A program made the position numbers and the translations under genes. From an uncultured delta proteobacterium (lineage in GTDB: Bacteria > Desulfobacterota > Binatia > Bin18): a DNA stretch of 64,000 nucleotides. Below are positions 1-11,737 of the stretch, piece by piece (the first letter of the stretch is position 1; the number at the start of each line of letters is the position of its first letter). The notes beneath the pieces were generated by a model that searched no databases, was not told the origin of the DNA, and saw only the letters and a list, made by a program, of their open reading frames with translations. The stretch lies in NCBI GenBank assembly GCA_963733195.1, contig CAVTCR010000071.1, positions 111,642-175,641 of the forward strand. The letters run 5' to 3'.

Positions 1-476
1 ACTTTCGCACCCAGCAAGCGCATGCGGAAAACATTCGGTTCCTGTCGGGCGATATCATCACTGCCCATAAAGACTTCACATTCAAGCCCAAAGAGTGCTG
101 CCACGGTCGCAGTCGCTACACCATGTTGTCCAGCACCGGTTTCCGCAATGAGACGCCCCTTCTTCATTTGTCGCGCTAACAGCGCTTGACCAATAGTGTT
201 GTTAATCTTGTGTGCCCCGGTGTGATTCAAGTCTTCGCGCTTCAAATAAACTTTGGCTCCATTCCAACGCTCAGTCAAACGCTTGGCAAAGGTGAGCGGA
301 GTTGGGCGACCGACATATTCTTGCAGCAACGTGCGCAGCTCACGCTGGAAAGTAATATCGCGACGACTGCGACGATAGACTTCTTCGAGTTCTAACAGAG
401 CGGGCATCAAGGTTTCGGCGACATACCGTCCCCCGTATGGCCCAAAGTGTCCGGCAGCATCAGGTTGTCTTGGCAT
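1..476 (-). CDS. trpB: Tryptophan synthase beta chain (runs off window start)
   Basis: Manual translation [19 protein letters not shown]...[15 protein letters not shown]...[13 protein letters not shown]; not in the ORF track. Confidence 0.95.
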   Translation of the reverse strand, partial: MPRQPDAAGHFGPYGGRYVAETLMPALLELEEVYRRSRRDITFQRELRTLLQEYVGRPTPLTFAKRLTERWNGAKVYLKREDLNHTGAHKINNTIGQALLARQMKKGRLIAETGAGQHGVATATVAALFGLECEVFMGSDDIARQEPNVFRMRLLGAK

Positions 477-1079
477 TGGCAATAAACGCTCGTACTTTTT
501 CTGGATCTTTGCGACCAGGGGCAGATTCAACGCCACTGGCAACATCGACCGCCCAAGGACGGACCGCCCGCGCGGCCTCAGTCACATTCTCTGGAGTCAG
601 CCCACCGGCAAGAATGAGCCGATTGCGACATTCTAATGGGAGGGCAGTAAGACGTTCCCACGCAAACCGCTCCCCTGTTCCCCCGTATCGTCCAGGCTTG
701 TGGGTGTCAAGGAGGAGGTAGTCACGGAAAAATGCTGCCAGTCTGGTAACGGACCATCAGCTGGTACACGCAACGCCTTGATCGTCAGACAAGGCCAATC
801 TTGAACATCAGCGTTCGTTTCATCACCATGAAATTGCACGGCATGCAAGCGAAGCTGTTCGCGAAGAGCAGCAACATGCGCGCGTTCAGCATTGACGAAT
901 ACGCCTACACACCAGACATGCTCAGGAAGGACAGCACGAATCGCACGGGCAGTGGTCAGCGACACACAACGCGGGCTTGGGGGATAGAAATTCAGGCCAA
1001 TCAGGTCAGCACCACTATCGACAGCCAGCAGGGCATCCTCCACATTGGTCACCCCGCAAATCTTCACGCGAACACTCAC
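460..1079 (-). CDS. trpF: Phosphoribosylanthranilate isomerase, frameshift near 725
   Basis: VKICG N-terminus and QFHGDE; second frame continues DYLLLD...GGTG...[11 protein letters not shown]...VDVASGVE. Confidence 0.92.
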
Positions 1080-1858
1080 GCTTCTCCCCGAATCAGCCCG
1101 CGAAGCGGAACACCAGGATCGGGGGCTGCCATAAATGTTTCACCGATCAGAAAGGCTTTCACTCCAAGTGACTCTAGACGAGTGAGTTGCTCACTCCGTG
1201 AGAGACCGCTTTCCGACACCACTGTCGTTCCTGACGGAACGAGTCGAACCAGACGTTCGCTAGTCTCGATCGTCGTATGAAAGGTTCGCAAGTCTCGATT
1301 GTTCACGCCGAGAAGCTCTGCACCACAGGCTAATGCTCGTTCGAGTTCTGCCTCATCGTGGACTTCTACCAGGCAATCGAGTCCCAGCGAACGTGCCAAA
1401 CCTCCAAGTTCGCGCATTTGACCGTCAGAAAGAATTGCGACAATCAAGAGAATCGCACTCGCGCCAAACGCGCGCGCTTCATAGACTTGGTAAGGGTCAA
1501 AAAGGAAATCTTTGCGTAATAGGGGGCAACGTACCTGTTCACGAATCAGCCGCAAATAGTCTAAGCTACCCTGAAAAAACCGACTTTCGGTAAGCACCGA
1601 GATGGCCGCAGCTCCATTGGCCTCATAGGTCTTTGCCAGAGACAGGGGCTCAAAATCCGCACGAATCACCCCTTTTGATGGTGAGGCTTTTTTCACCTCA
1701 GCGATGATTGTTCGTCCTGGCCACTCACGTACAGTTTTGATAAATGGTGGCGGAGTTGCGTGGAACAACGGCATGTCCTGCAATTGCTGGAGCGACACTT
1801 TTTGTCTTTGTGACGCGAGTTCGGTTTTTTTGGACGCCACGATGTCGTCGAGGATCAT
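1076..1858 (-). CDS. trpC: Indole-3-glycerol phosphate synthase
   Basis: IAEVKKASPSKG, LRKDF, GVNNRDL, SESG motifs. Confidence 0.97.
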   Translation of the reverse strand: MILDDIVASKKTELASQRQKVSLQQLQDMPLFHATPPPFIKTVREWPGRTIIAEVKKASPSKGVIRADFEPLSLAKTYEANGAAAISVLTESRFFQGSLDYLRLIREQVRCPLLRKDFLFDPYQVYEARAFGASAILLIVAILSDGQMRELGGLARSLGLDCLVEVHDEAELERALACGAELLGVNNRDLRTFHTTIETSERLVRLVPSGTTVVSESGLSRSEQLTRLESLGVKAFLIGETFMAAPDPGVPLRGLIRGEA

Positions 1859-2874
1859 ACTGTTCCTACTCGGGTCAATGCGACAAAGCGCTCCACAGTA
1901 CGTGTCGCAGCACCGCTATCGATTGCCATTCGTGCGCGTTCAACACCAAGCGCAATGGAAGGGACAGCATCACCAGCATACAGCGCCGCACCGGCGTTGA
2001 GGAGCACGATATCCCGTTGCGGCCCACGCGCACCGGTAAATATCGATCGAATGATGTCAGCCGATTCTTGCGCGCTTTTGACCTGTAAGTCAGTAAGGGA
2101 ACAACGGACGAAGCCAAACTCTTCTGGAGTCAGGGTCGCGGTGCGCACGGTGCCATTTCGCCACTCAGCCATCGCAGTCGGTGCAGTGAGCGAGATTTCG
2201 TCGAGTCCGTCTTCACCATGCACAACGAGCGCATGCACACTTCCAAGTCGTCCGAGCGCTTCGGCCAGGGGAGTCACCCACTGTTGAGAAAAAACTCCTA
2301 ACAATTGGTGACGTGCTCCCGCTGGATTGGTGAGTGGTCCTAACACATTAAACATGGTCCGAATACCGATCTCGCGTCGTGGACCAACGGCATGACGCAT
2401 CGCGCGATGAAATGCCGGGGCTAAGAGAAATCCGAAGCGTACTTCGTGCAGACAGTGCTCTACTTGCGCGGGAGTCAGCTCGACGTGCGCTCCGAGTGTT
2501 TCAAGCACGTCAGCGCCGCCAACTGCTCCCGACATGGCGCGGTTGCCATGCTTGGCGACACTGAGCCCTGCAGCAGAGGCAACAAACGCCGCCGCCGTTG
2601 AAATGTTAAAGGTATGTCGACCATCACCACCAGTTCCACACGTATCCAGTACCGCAGACGAAGCATGGACCTTGGTGGCAAGTGCACGCATCACCCGAGC
2701 CGCCCCAGTAATCTCAGCAACGGTTTCTCCTTTTATATGAAGCGCCGTGAGAAGCGACCCGATCTGTGCCGGGGTCGCTTGCCCATCCATAATTTCAGTC
2801 ATGACTGCCGCCATCTCGTCTTCTGTGAGATCACGACCGGTCACTACTTGGGCAATCGCTTCCCTTACCGTCAT
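1855..2874 (-). CDS. trpD: Anthranilate phosphoribosyltransferase
   Basis: DTCGTGGDG, NISTAAAFV, KHGNR motifs; likely start MTVREAI. Confidence 0.96.
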   Translation of the reverse strand: MTVREAIAQVVTGRDLTEDEMAAVMTEIMDGQATPAQIGSLLTALHIKGETVAEITGAARVMRALATKVHASSAVLDTCGTGGDGRHTFNISTAAAFVASAAGLSVAKHGNRAMSGAVGGADVLETLGAHVELTPAQVEHCLHEVRFGFLLAPAFHRAMRHAVGPRREIGIRTMFNVLGPLTNPAGARHQLLGVFSQQWVTPLAEALGRLGSVHALVVHGEDGLDEISLTAPTAMAEWRNGTVRTATLTPEEFGFVRCSLTDLQVKSAQESADIIRSIFTGARGPQRDIVLLNAGAALYAGDAVPSIALGVERARMAIDSGAATRTVERFVALTRVGTV

Positions 2875-2881
2875 ACGATCC

Positions 2882-3823
2882 TTACTCTGACACAAGGTAC
2901 GCTTGAGAGAATCTGCCTTCGCGACGGAAGCGACCAACAGCAGCCATAGCTTCGCCTTGTTTGTTAAATTTGCCAATCCGTACACGGTAGAGCGTTTCGC
3001 CGTTCATTTGTACTTTGCTCACCAACGGACTGTAGCCTAACTCGCGCAGCTCTCGTGCCATGTCCTGCGCTGTCTCTTGATAGTTTGTAGCACCAACCTG
3101 CACGCGCCATCCGGTTGACTGTTTTTCCGCTTTCTTCGCCATCGTCAGCCCCAGCTTCGTCTCGCTCCCCTTTCCGTCTAAGAGACGTTTTGCCTCTGGT
3201 ACCAGAGCCCGAGAGCGAGCTGAAGTCTCAGCTTTTTCGACATGGGTAACCGTTATAGGCATTAGCTTTTTGTCTAAATTTTCTCCACGAGAAGCAACAA
3301 CAGTCGTAGCTTTTTCTGTACGCGAGGCCACTGCTGCCGGCAATTTCGGAGTAAAGGGTTCACCTACTGGCCTCGTTCGCGACGGAATATTCTCCTCATT
3401 CACAAATGGTGACTGCACTTCCCGTTGTCCTTTCATCTCAGGAGCATTTACCGGTGCCTGTGCTAGTCGTGACTTCTCTTTCTCCGTCTGCTGAAGTACC
3501 TCTTGCCTTGTTACCAGTGGCGTAGAAGGCGTCATTTTCTCTTTTGCTACCGGCCATTCCAGAGGTACATTACTCGTAGAAGCAGTTTGCCCGGCAGTTG
3601 AGTCGCTTGTTGATGTTGCTCTGCCAGCGAGTGGGTCACTAAAGGGGGCAACTGGTGCTCGCACCACCTGGGAGGGTGTCACCACTTTCCGTCCCGCCAC
3701 CTCCTTTCCGACATACATGCCGGAGACGAATATCAGGAAAGAAGCGAGCAAGGCACTACCGATGAACAGGCCTCCTTCCACTCCACTGAAACGAAAACCA
3801 TAGCGTCGTTCTGTCATTATCAT
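2882..3823 (-). CDS. SPOR-domain cell division/peptidoglycan-binding protein (FtsN/DedD-like)
   Basis: N-terminal TM helix, long low-complexity linker, C-terminal WRVQVGA...YRVRIG SPOR domain. Confidence 0.85.
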   Translation of the reverse strand: MIMTERRYGFRFSGVEGGLFIGSALLASFLIFVSGMYVGKEVAGRKVVTPSQVVRAPVAPFSDPLAGRATSTSDSTAGQTASTSNVPLEWPVAKEKMTPSTPLVTRQEVLQQTEKEKSRLAQAPVNAPEMKGQREVQSPFVNEENIPSRTRPVGEPFTPKLPAAVASRTEKATTVVASRGENLDKKLMPITVTHVEKAETSARSRALVPEAKRLLDGKGSETKLGLTMAKKAEKQSTGWRVQVGATNYQETAQDMARELRELGYSPLVSKVQMNGETLYRVRIGKFNKQGEAMAAVGRFRREGRFSQAYLVSE

Positions 3824-3855
3824 ACCCCTCCCACATCCTCTCCCTCCACAACCAC

Positions 3856-3890
3856 AAAGGGGGAGGCTGATTTTTCAGCGCTCCCCCTTC
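3856..3890 (-). terminator. Putative intrinsic terminator hairpin
   Basis: AAGGGGGAG-GCTGA...TCAGC-G-CTCCCCCTT inverted repeat, followed on the minus strand by TTTGTGGTT. Confidence 0.5.
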
Positions 3891-4042
3891 ATTTAGCATG
3901 AGTTTTGCGTTTCGTCACGCTTTTTATACGGCTGAGGTAAGCATTATAAATCGGCCTAAAGTCCTCAAACGCTTGCACGGTGAGGAAGACGAGTACGTAG
4001 TCGTCGGCCTGCATGCTCCCATCCGAGCTGAATCCATCCCTC

Positions 4043-4130
4043 CTGGATTTCGGATTCCGCCGGAATAACGGCTCGGGGAATGCACCGGCTGGAGGGGCTA
4101 AACTGGAGTCCCTTCTTCGGAGGAATGACG
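4043..4130. repeat. Two degenerate REP-like palindromes (CTGGA...GGAATRACG)
   Basis: 4043-4070 and 4103-4130 resemble the better-conserved unit at 61599-61626. Confidence 0.55.
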
Positions 4131-4228
4131 GAACGCCTCGTTTCCGCTGATGTGCTGAGTACTCAGCGCTCTGGTGGGACTTGCAACGATTCGATGTTCC
4201 TACTTTTCTAACGGCTTGTGAGGATTCC

Positions 4229-4636
4229 CTACCCTGCCGTTTTCTCGCCTCCGGCCCCTTCGGTTTTCGTTCTTTGTTCTCCTCGTTCAGTGAACTCGAC
4301 GAGTGAAAGCGGCGCAGCATCTCCACGTCGGGTGCCGATTTTTAGCACTCGGGTATAGCCGCCGGCTCGCCCCTGGAAACGTGGGGCGACTTCATCAAAC
4401 AAGCGCTGAACGAGCTTTCGGCTGCCAAGATAGGAAAACGCCAACCGGCGGGCATGGACGGTGTTGCGCTTTCCTAAGGTCACAATCCGATCAGCCCAGC
4501 GACGGAGTTCTTTGGCCTTGGCGTCAGTCGTGCGAATCTGTTCACGCTGTAGCAAGGCTTTCACAAGGTTACGCATGAGCGCTTTGCGGTGCGCCGCGCT
4601 TCGGTTCAGTTTTCGTCCATCTTTCAGATGTCGCAT
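4229..4636 (-). CDS. rplQ: 50S ribosomal protein L17
   Basis: [12 protein letters not shown]...GGYTRVLK. Confidence 0.98.
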   Translation of the reverse strand: MRHLKDGRKLNRSAAHRKALMRNLVKALLQREQIRTTDAKAKELRRWADRIVTLGKRNTVHARRLAFSYLGSRKLVQRLFDEVAPRFQGRAGGYTRVLKIGTRRGDAAPLSLVEFTERGEQRTKTEGAGGEKTAG

Positions 4637-4668
4637 AGGTACTTCTCTCCCAGCAGGTCCTCAGTCGC

Positions 4669-5682
4669 CTACTCAGCTGTTGTCCGGAGACGTTCGAGTT
4701 CCTCCCGCGAGGGATAGTTATCAACCCGCATTCCCAGCTCCAGCCCCATTGTCTGCAACGCCTCTTTGATTTCGTTCAGAGACTTGCGACCAAAGTTTTT
4801 TGTTTTGAGTAGATCACCCTCAGTTTTTTGCACTAACTCACCGATATAGCGGATATCCGCACTTTGCAAACAGTTCGCAGAACGAACAGAAAAGTTGAGT
4901 TCTTCAATAGGACGGAACAGATTCGCATTCTGAGGAGCAGGCGGTTCTTCATGAACCTCAATGCCACGTTCTCCTTCTTCTCGTGTGCCGACAAAAATTG
5001 CGAGCTGATCTTGTAGCACCCGTGCCGCATCAGTCACTGCTTCATCAGGGCGAATACTCCCATCTGTCCACACTTCTAAGGCTAACCGTTCGTAGTCAGT
5101 TCGTTGGCCGACTCGAGCATTCGTAACAGTAAAATTCACTTTACGCACAGGAGAGAAAGCTGCATCGAGAAGAATGGTCCCTACGGGATTTTCTTCTGTC
5201 GCTTTATAGTGTTCAGCAATGACATAGCCACGTCCGCGCCGAACTGTCGCTTCTAACTCAAGACGTGCACCTTTCCCAAGAGTCGCGATATGCACGTCGG
5301 GATTGAGGATATCGACATATGGGCCAACAGAAAGGTCACCAGCTGTCACTCTGCGCTCACCTCGAAGATCAAGGCGTACGGTCTCAGCTTCACTGTCGCG
5401 TAGACGAAAACGGATTTCCTTGAGATTCAGCAGAATATCCGTGACATCTTCCGTAATCCCAGCAACAGTGGAAAACTCGTGCAGGACATCGCGAATTTTG
5501 ACTTTGGTAATGGCTGCCCCTGAGAGAGAAGATAACAGCACGCGCCTGAGCGAGGTGCCCAGAGTAATCCCAAATCCGCGCTCAAACGGCTCACCCACAA
5601 ACCGACCATACGTCGGAGTGAGGGTCTTTTCTTCAATCTCCAAGGCCTTGGGTTTAATCATGTCGCGCCAACTGTCTTGCAT
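4669..5682 (-). CDS. rpoA: RNA polymerase alpha subunit
   Basis: [30 protein letters not shown]. Confidence 0.98.
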   Translation of the reverse strand: MQDSWRDMIKPKALEIEEKTLTPTYGRFVGEPFERGFGITLGTSLRRVLLSSLSGAAITKVKIRDVLHEFSTVAGITEDVTDILLNLKEIRFRLRDSEAETVRLDLRGERRVTAGDLSVGPYVDILNPDVHIATLGKGARLELEATVRRGRGYVIAEHYKATEENPVGTILLDAAFSPVRKVNFTVTNARVGQRTDYERLALEVWTDGSIRPDEAVTDAARVLQDQLAIFVGTREEGERGIEVHEEPPAPQNANLFRPIEELNFSVRSANCLQSADIRYIGELVQKTEGDLLKTKNFGRKSLNEIKEALQTMGLELGMRVDNYPSREELERLRTTAE

Positions 5683-5735
5683 GCTGCTCCTCTTCCCGGT
5701 ACTCGCTCGTCATCACGAAGAGTACCGCACCAGCG

Positions 5736-6368
5736 TTACACTTTAGAATACAACTCAACAATGAGCTGTTCGTTGACCGGCAGATTTAGTTGTGCGCGAG
5801 TTGGCAGTGCACGAACTCGACCGGTAAACGTATCCTTGTTTATCTCCAGCCACTCAGGTACTCCTCGGCGCTGGGTAAGGTCCACAGATTCCTGAATGCG
5901 AGAAATCTTCCGACTTGCTTCTTTGACTTGGACTTCGTCTCCTGAATCAACGAGGTAAGAAGGGATGGTCACACGCCGTTGGTTCACCAGGAAGTGCCCA
6001 TGTCGAACTAACTGCCGTGCTTCTGCTCGCGAGGTAGCAAACCCCATCCGGTACACCATATTATCGAGCCGTCGTTCGAGAAAGGTGACTAAGTTTTCGC
6101 CAGTAATCCCTTTCTGCCGCTCAGCGAGACCAAAGAAACGGCGGAACGGCATTTCAAGCATGCCATAGATCCGGCGCAGCTTCTGCTTTTCACGCAACTG
6201 TACACTATACTCAGTCGCCTTTTTCCCACGTCCTTGTCCATGTTGTCCAGGTGGATAGCTCCTCCTCTCAATCGCACACTTGTCGGTGTAACACCGCTCC
6301 CCTTTGAGAAAGAGCTTGATCCCTTCACGCCGGCACAGCCGGCATACCGGACCGATATGTCGAGCCAC
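5736..6368 (-). CDS. rpsD: 30S ribosomal protein S4
   Basis: CRLCRREG...QLREKQK...LERRLDN. Confidence 0.98.
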   Translation of the reverse strand: MARHIGPVCRLCRREGIKLFLKGERCYTDKCAIERRSYPPGQHGQGRGKKATEYSVQLREKQKLRRIYGMLEMPFRRFFGLAERQKGITGENLVTFLERRLDNMVYRMGFATSRAEARQLVRHGHFLVNQRRVTIPSYLVDSGDEVQVKEASRKISRIQESVDLTQRRGVPEWLEINKDTFTGRVRALPTRAQLNLPVNEQLIVELYSKV

Positions 6369-6442
6369 AAAAACCTCCTGATTCTTCCGTTACCCGTGCA
6401 AGTTACGTGTCTCCAAAATAAGTGGTGACACTGTCGTGCCGG

Positions 6443-6850
6443 TCACACTCTCCGGCGCTTCGGCGGACGGCAGCCATTATGCGGAATCGGCGTCACATCA
6501 CGAATGACGTTGATTGCAAATCCCGCAGCTTGGAGCGATCGAAGAGCTGATTCTCGCCCTGCACCCGGCCCTTTGACATGGACTTGAACACTGCGCATTC
6601 CCGCGTCAGCGGCTTTGCGAGCTGCACTCTCTGCAGCAACCTGGGCGGCAAAGGGCGTACCCTTCCGGGATCCTTTGAAGCCGACTGTTCCGGCACTCGC
6701 CCACGCCACCACATTGCCTTGCGGGTCGGTAATGCTAACAATCGTATTATTAAACGTCGAATGGATGCACACCACCCCTTCGGGAACCGCTTTGCGGGTT
6801 TTCTTTTTCCGTGGTGCTGCTGAACGTTCTGCTGCAGCCGCTTTCGCCAT
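6443..6850 (-). CDS. rpsK: 30S ribosomal protein S11
   Basis: STFNNTI...[18 protein letters not shown]. Confidence 0.98.
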   Translation of the reverse strand: MAKAAAAERSAAPRKKKTRKAVPEGVVCIHSTFNNTIVSITDPQGNVVAWASAGTVGFKGSRKGTPFAAQVAAESAARKAADAGMRSVQVHVKGPGAGRESALRSLQAAGFAINVIRDVTPIPHNGCRPPKRRRV

Positions 6851-6879
6851 GAACAGTCTCCTCTATACGCCGTGAACAG

Positions 6880-7260
6880 TTATTTCGTTGGGGCCTGTTT
6901 TCTACCCGCAACAGTACGCCGTGGCCCTTTGCGCGTGCGCGAGTTTGTTCGCGTTCGCTGTCCTCGTACTGGTAGATTTTTCCGGTGACGGAGTCCACGA
7001 TACGATCCAATATCAAGATGTCGTTTAATCGAACCTGTCACATCGCGTCGCAAGTCACCTTCCACCCGATAGCTTTGGTCAATGACACGGCGAATATTGA
7101 CCACTTCTTCATCCGTTAGGTCGTCCGTTTTTTTGCCTAGGGGAACCCCGGCTTGCGATAAGATCTGCCCTGCTATGGCTCTGCCAATGCCGTAAATGTA
7201 GGTCAGGGCAATTTCTGATCTCTTATTCCGAGGCAATTCAATACCAGCAATACGTGCCAT
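6880..7260 (-). CDS. rpsM: 30S ribosomal protein S13
   Basis: MARIAG...[11 protein letters not shown]. Confidence 0.98.
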   Translation of the reverse strand: MARIAGIELPRNKRSEIALTYIYGIGRAIAGQILSQAGVPLGKKTDDLTDEEVVNIRRVIDQSYRVEGDLRRDVTGSIKRHLDIGSYRGLRHRKNLPVRGQRTRTNSRTRKGPRRTVAGRKQAPTK

Positions 7261-7297
7261 ACAGATCCTCCGCTACGTCTTTCGCTCTTGTCTTCCC

Positions 7298-7411
7298 CTA
7301 TCCCTGCCGTTGTTTATGGCGCGGGTTCTCGCAAATGACGCGAATCACACCAGCCCGACGGATGATTTTACATTTTCGACAGATTTGTTTCACAGAAGCT
7401 CGTACTTTCAT
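7298..7411 (-). CDS. rpmJ: 50S ribosomal protein L36 (Zn-binding type)
   Basis: Manual translation [37 protein letters not shown]. Confidence 0.97.
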   Translation of the reverse strand: MKVRASVKQICRKCKIIRRAGVIRVICENPRHKQRQG

Positions 7412-7438
7412 ACACACTTCCCTCTCTCATGTCGCTCT

Positions 7439-8206
7439 TTACAAACGACTGAGTACCTGAGGCCCTTTCTCTGTGATCGCCACTGAGTGTTCAAAATGAG
7501 CAGAGAGACTTCCATCTTTCGTGACTGCGGTCCAGCCATCACTTTTCAACATGACATCAGCATGACCAGCATTCACCATTGGCTCTATAGCGATGACCAT
7601 TCCTTCGCGTAATCGTACTCCCCGGTCTCGCGTACCATAGTTCGGAACTGCCGGGTCCTCATGCAAGCGCCGTCCAACACCATGGCCGACAAATTCACGC
7701 ACGATAGAAAATCCGTTTCTTTCAACGCGTTCCTGGATGGCCGCGGCAATATTACCTAACCGGGTCCCTACCTGTGCCTGAGCAATTCCTTCGTCCAATG
7801 CCGCCGCTGTCGTTTCAATCAGTCGCTGCGCTGCCTCTTCCACACGGCCGAGTGCAAAGGTTACCGCCGCATCTCCATAGAAATCACGGTAGATCACACC
7901 AAAATCGAGGCTTACCACGTCCCCTTCCTTTAACACTCTTTGGGAAGAGGGGATGCCATGGACGACCTCGTCGTTAAGCGAGATACAAATTGTCGCCGGA
8001 AACGGCACAGTCCCATTGCGCATCTGGTAGCCTTTGAAAGCAGAACGAGCACCATTCTTCTTGATCAGGTCAGTAGCAATCCGATCAATCTCTCCAGTCG
8101 AAATTCCCGGACGAACAACTTCACGCAATTCCGCTAGGATCTCGCTGACGATGCGGTTTGCTGTGCGCATAATCTCGATTTCCTGTGGAGATTTGAGAAA
8201 GATCAT
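7439..8206 (-). CDS. map: Methionine aminopeptidase type I
   Basis: VVHGIP, GHGVG..LHE, AIEPM, SAHFEH. Confidence 0.97.
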   Translation of the reverse strand: MIFLKSPQEIEIMRTANRIVSEILAELREVVRPGISTGEIDRIATDLIKKNGARSAFKGYQMRNGTVPFPATICISLNDEVVHGIPSSQRVLKEGDVVSLDFGVIYRDFYGDAAVTFALGRVEEAAQRLIETTAAALDEGIAQAQVGTRLGNIAAAIQERVERNGFSIVREFVGHGVGRRLHEDPAVPNYGTRDRGVRLREGMVIAIEPMVNAGHADVMLKSDGWTAVTKDGSLSAHFEHSVAITEKGPQVLSRL

Positions 8207-8868
8207 GAGGCAGCTGAGGACTGGAGGGTTTTCAGCATCTGCGTAATTCGTTCCGATACTTCTTCAAGTTTTCCAGTTCCATCGATATCGTGTAATAGCG
8301 AACGATCACGATAATACGAAAGCAACGGAGCTGTCGAACGTTCGTAGACTTCGAGTCGGGCATTAATCGTCTCCGACTTATCATCACTTCGCTGATACAA
8401 CTCCCCCTGACATGAGTCACAGACTCCTGTTTTCTTTGGCGGATTGAACAATTCGTGATACATCGCTTGACATGACCGACACACCCATCGCCCACCGAGG
8501 CGAGCAACTAGCTCTTGTCTGGGAACAACGATACTGACCACGGCATTAAGACGGCGCTGATGCCGGGCGAGTTCTTTGCTCAATGCCTCAGCCTGAGCGA
8601 TGGTTCGCGGAAATCCATCAAGCAAAAACCCCGGGGTGCAATCAGGCTTTTGGATACGCTCCGCCACGAGGTCTGTCACGAGTTGATCAGGGACAAGTTC
8701 TCCCCTATCCATGAATGCTTGTGCTTGTTTCCCTAAGGCTGTTCCTGCACGGGCAGCTTCACGGAGAAGGTCACCAGTAGAAATCTGTGGAATCCCGAAC
8801 ACTCCTTGTAGCTCTCGAGCCTGAGTTCCTTTTCCTGCCCCAGGTGGACCGAGGAGCACGATACGCAT
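8203..8868 (-). CDS. adk: Adenylate kinase (Zn lid)
   Basis: GPPGAGKGTQ, LDGFPRT, CxxC...CxxC lid. Confidence 0.98.
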   Translation of the reverse strand: MRIVLLGPPGAGKGTQARELQGVFGIPQISTGDLLREAARAGTALGKQAQAFMDRGELVPDQLVTDLVAERIQKPDCTPGFLLDGFPRTIAQAEALSKELARHQRRLNAVVSIVVPRQELVARLGGRWVCRSCQAMYHELFNPPKKTGVCDSCQGELYQRSDDKSETINARLEVYERSTAPLLSYYRDRSLLHDIDGTGKLEEVSERITQMLKTLQSSAAS

Positions 8869-10196
8869 CAGCTTATCCTCCCACTCGTCCGGCCACGTAA
8901 ACGCCCACGCTTCATGAACCCTTCGTAGTTGCGCATAATAATCTGCGTCTCAATCTGCGCAACCGTATCGAGAGCAACTCCGACAACAATGAGTAAAGCC
9001 GTTCCGCCAAAATAGAAAGGCACATTCAGCGAACCGATGAGAAGGGTCGGGAGAACACAAACAAGGGAGATATAAATTGCTCCACTCAGCGTAATACGGC
9101 TGAGGATACGGTCCATATATTCAGCTGTGCGTTGTCCAGGACGAATGCCCGGAATGAAGCCGCCATTCTTCTTCATATTGTCGGCAACATCGACAGGGTT
9201 AAATACCACTGCGGTATAAAAATAACAAAAGAAAATTATCAGCACGACGTAGAAGAACTCGTACATCAAATTTCCTGGGGTCAACGCATCGCCGAGAGAC
9301 TTCATCCACGGATTATCCGCAAATCCAGCAATCGTGGCAGGAAAAACCAATACTGACGAAGCAAAAATCGGAGGGATAACACCAGCGGTGTTAATCTTGA
9401 GCGGGAGATGGGAAGTCTGGCCTCCATACACTCGGCGCCCAACTACGCGTTTTGCATACTGCACCGGAATACGTCGGTGCCCCCGCTCCATCACAATCAC
9501 TGCTGCGATAACAACAACCATCAACACGAGGATAAGGAGAACAGCAAAAATACTTAACTCTCCTTCTCGCACAAACTCCATAGTCGACGTAATCGCAGAG
9601 GGAATACTCGCAACAATACCAGCAAATATAATGAGGGAGATACCATTCCCTATTCCACGCTCGGTGATTTGTTCGCCGAGCCACATAATGAACGCGGTTC
9701 CAGCAGAAAGAGTAATCACAGTCATTAAACGGAACTTCCATCCTGGCTCAAATACGACTGATCCTCCACTGGGTGTTTGAATCTGCTCCAACCCCATGCT
9801 GATGAAAAGCCCCTGTAAGAGCGCTAATGCAATAGTGCCGTATCGAGTATATTGGGTAATTTTTCTCCGCCCTAACTCTCCCTCTTTAGAAAGTCGCTCC
9901 AGAGGCGGAAGTACGACCGTTAACAACTGCAAGATGATAGAAGCACTAATGTAGGGCATAATGCCCAATGCAAAGATAGAAAACCGCTCGAGTGCTCCCC
10001 CCGAAAAAAGATTGACAAGTCCGAAGACGGTATTTCGCGCTTGTTCAAAAAAAACAGCTAAGGCTTGCCCATCAATTCCTGGGGTTGGAATCGCTACACC
10101 GACACGGTAGATGGCAAGCATCGCAAACGTAAAGAAGATACGCTTGCGGAGTTCAGCTATCTTGGTCGCGTTCTGGAAACCTTCGATCATGGTCAA
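8868..10196 (-). CDS. secY: Preprotein translocase SecY
   Basis: [34 protein letters not shown]. Confidence 0.98.
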   Translation of the reverse strand: MTMIEGFQNATKIAELRKRIFFTFAMLAIYRVGVAIPTPGIDGQALAVFFEQARNTVFGLVNLFSGGALERFSIFALGIMPYISASIILQLLTVVLPPLERLSKEGELGRRKITQYTRYGTIALALLQGLFISMGLEQIQTPSGGSVVFEPGWKFRLMTVITLSAGTAFIMWLGEQITERGIGNGISLIIFAGIVASIPSAITSTMEFVREGELSIFAVLLILVLMVVVIAAVIVMERGHRRIPVQYAKRVVGRRVYGGQTSHLPLKINTAGVIPPIFASSVLVFPATIAGFADNPWMKSLGDALTPGNLMYEFFYVVLIIFFCYFYTAVVFNPVDVADNMKKNGGFIPGIRPGQRTAEYMDRILSRITLSGAIYISLVCVLPTLLIGSLNVPFYFGGTALLIVVGVALDTVAQIETQIIMRNYEGFMKRGRLRGRTSGRIS

Positions 10197-10633
10197 ACGA
10201 CCTCGATGGTCCCCCCTGATGCAGCGATCTTTTCCTGCGCCTGTTTACTAAAAGCCTGAGCCTTCACTGTAAGTGCTTTAGTAAGGGTACCATCAGCCAG
10301 GATTTTAATCTTTTTCTTGGCGTTTTTCACTAAGCCCACTTTGATGAGCGTATCCGAATCGACAATCGATCCTGCGTCAAACCGTTCCAGGCTGCCGATG
10401 TTCACGATACTAAATTCTTCACGGAACAGGTTATGAAACCCGTACTTCGGTAATCGTCGGGATAGCGGCATTTGCCCACCTTCGTATCCTGGAGGAGTAT
10501 TACCACCAGAGCGAGAACCACGTCCCTTGTGCCCTTTACCGGAAGTTTTTCCATGTCCAGACCCAGGGCCTCGACCTATACGCTTGCTTTTTTTCGTCGC
10601 TCCAGCGGCCGGGCGCAAATGACTAAGATCCAT
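10193..10633 (-). CDS. rplO: 50S ribosomal protein L15
   Basis: [21 protein letters not shown]. Confidence 0.98.
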   Translation of the reverse strand: MDLSHLRPAAGATKKSKRIGRGPGSGHGKTSGKGHKGRGSRSGGNTPPGYEGGQMPLSRRLPKYGFHNLFREEFSIVNIGSLERFDAGSIVDSDTLIKVGLVKNAKKKIKILADGTLTKALTVKAQAFSKQAQEKIAASGGTIEVV

Positions 10634-10826
10634 GTTCTTTTACCTCGATGAGATGCCCTACAGTGCGCAACATCCCTTGAACCGACGGCGAATCATGACG
10701 AAGGGTCGTTTTTTCTCTATGCGTGAGCCCAAGTCCGCGCAAGGTTTCACGCTGTCGGCGGGTGCATCCAATCCCACTTCGTTTGAGTGTAATCTGTAGG
10801 ACTTTTCCCTTCGATTGTTCAGCCAT
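10623..10826 (-). CDS. rpmD: 50S ribosomal protein L30
   Basis: LQITLKRSGIG...LRGLGL; position between rpsE and rplO. Confidence 0.95.
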   Translation of the reverse strand: MAEQSKGKVLQITLKRSGIGCTRRQRETLRGLGLTHREKTTLRHDSPSVQGMLRTVGHLIEVKEHGS

Positions 10827-10840
10827 AACTATACTCACTC

Positions 10841-11350
10841 TTAACGAATTTCGGCTATGCTTTTTCCTCTTCGCTCCGCGACTTGCGTAGGAATAGAGAG
10901 GCTACGCAACGCTTCGAGGGTAGCACGAACTGAATTATGCGGATTCGTCGAGCCGAGACATTTTGTCAGGGCATCTTTGACTCCGGCGAGTTCCATCACC
11001 GCGCGTACGCCTCCACCGGCAATGAGCCCCGTCCCTTGCGAGGCAGGCTTCAGAAAGACTCGGCCAGCGCCATACTTTCCTATCACTTCATGTGGGATTG
11101 TCCCTTCAGCCAGTGGCACTTGGATAAGGGACTTTTTCGCCTGTTCAATTCCTTTGCGGATGGCCTCGGGAACTTCGTGCGCTTTCCCGAGACCATATCC
11201 AACATGTCCAGATCCATCCCCCGCGACGACAACAGCACTGAAACTGAAACGTCGTCCACCTTTCACCACTTTGCTCACGCGGCTGATATGGACAACTTTC
11301 TCTTTGATCTCGAGCCCGTCAGAACTAATACGCTCTATAATTTCCGCCAA
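10841..11350 (-). CDS. rpsE: 30S ribosomal protein S5
   Basis: [14 protein letters not shown]. Confidence 0.98.
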   Translation of the reverse strand: MAEIIERISSDGLEIKEKVVHISRVSKVVKGGRRFSFSAVVVAGDGSGHVGYGLGKAHEVPEAIRKGIEQAKKSLIQVPLAEGTIPHEVIGKYGAGRVFLKPASQGTGLIAGGGVRAVMELAGVKDALTKCLGSTNPHNSVRATLEALRSLSIPTQVAERRGKSIAEIR

Positions 11351-11360
11351 TTTCTACTCC

Positions 11361-11729
11361 TTAAAATTGTAACCCAGCTTCGCGTGCGGCTTCGGCTACC
11401 GCACGGATGCGCCCATGATACAGAAAGCCATTGCGATCGAAAATGACCTGGGCAATTCCTTTTTCTTGGCACTTGCGCGCGATAAGGGAGCCGACTTCTT
11501 TCGCGGCGTCAATATTTGCTGTCTTCTTGAGAGTCGATCGCAGCTCTGAGGAAAGTGTCGAAACTGCCGTTAATGTTGCCCCACTCTCATCGGAAATAAC
11601 TTGTGCATACATATGCCGCCCACTGCGATAGATGCACAGTCGGGGCCGCGCGTTCGTACCATGGGTCTGTCGGCGGACTCGCCCTTGCCGTAGGGTGCGA
11701 GCACGTTCTCGAGGATTAGTGCGTGCCAT
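11361..11729 (-). CDS. rplR: 50S ribosomal protein L18
   Basis: [20 protein letters not shown]. Confidence 0.98.
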   Translation of the reverse strand: MARTNPRERARTLRQGRVRRQTHGTNARPRLCIYRSGRHMYAQVISDESGATLTAVSTLSSELRSTLKKTANIDAAKEVGSLIARKCQEKGIAQVIFDRNGFLYHGRIRAVAEAAREAGLQF

Positions 11730-11737
11730 AGTCTACT

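Noticed and set aside
3890-3940. Possible c-di-GMP-I riboswitch (ACGCAAAAC...CTAAA on the minus strand)
   Set aside because: The P1 stem with GCAAA bulge and GNRA loop is not recognisable; similarity too weak without an Rfam scan
3889-4326. 145-aa ORF, or a tmRNA-like tag (ADDYVLV), downstream of rplQ
   Set aside because: Overlaps rplQ and runs through REP-like repeats; no tRNA-like tmRNA ends and no AA-stop tag ending
7411-7439. infA absent between map and rpmJ
   Set aside because: Real, but a common arrangement in many lineages; not novel
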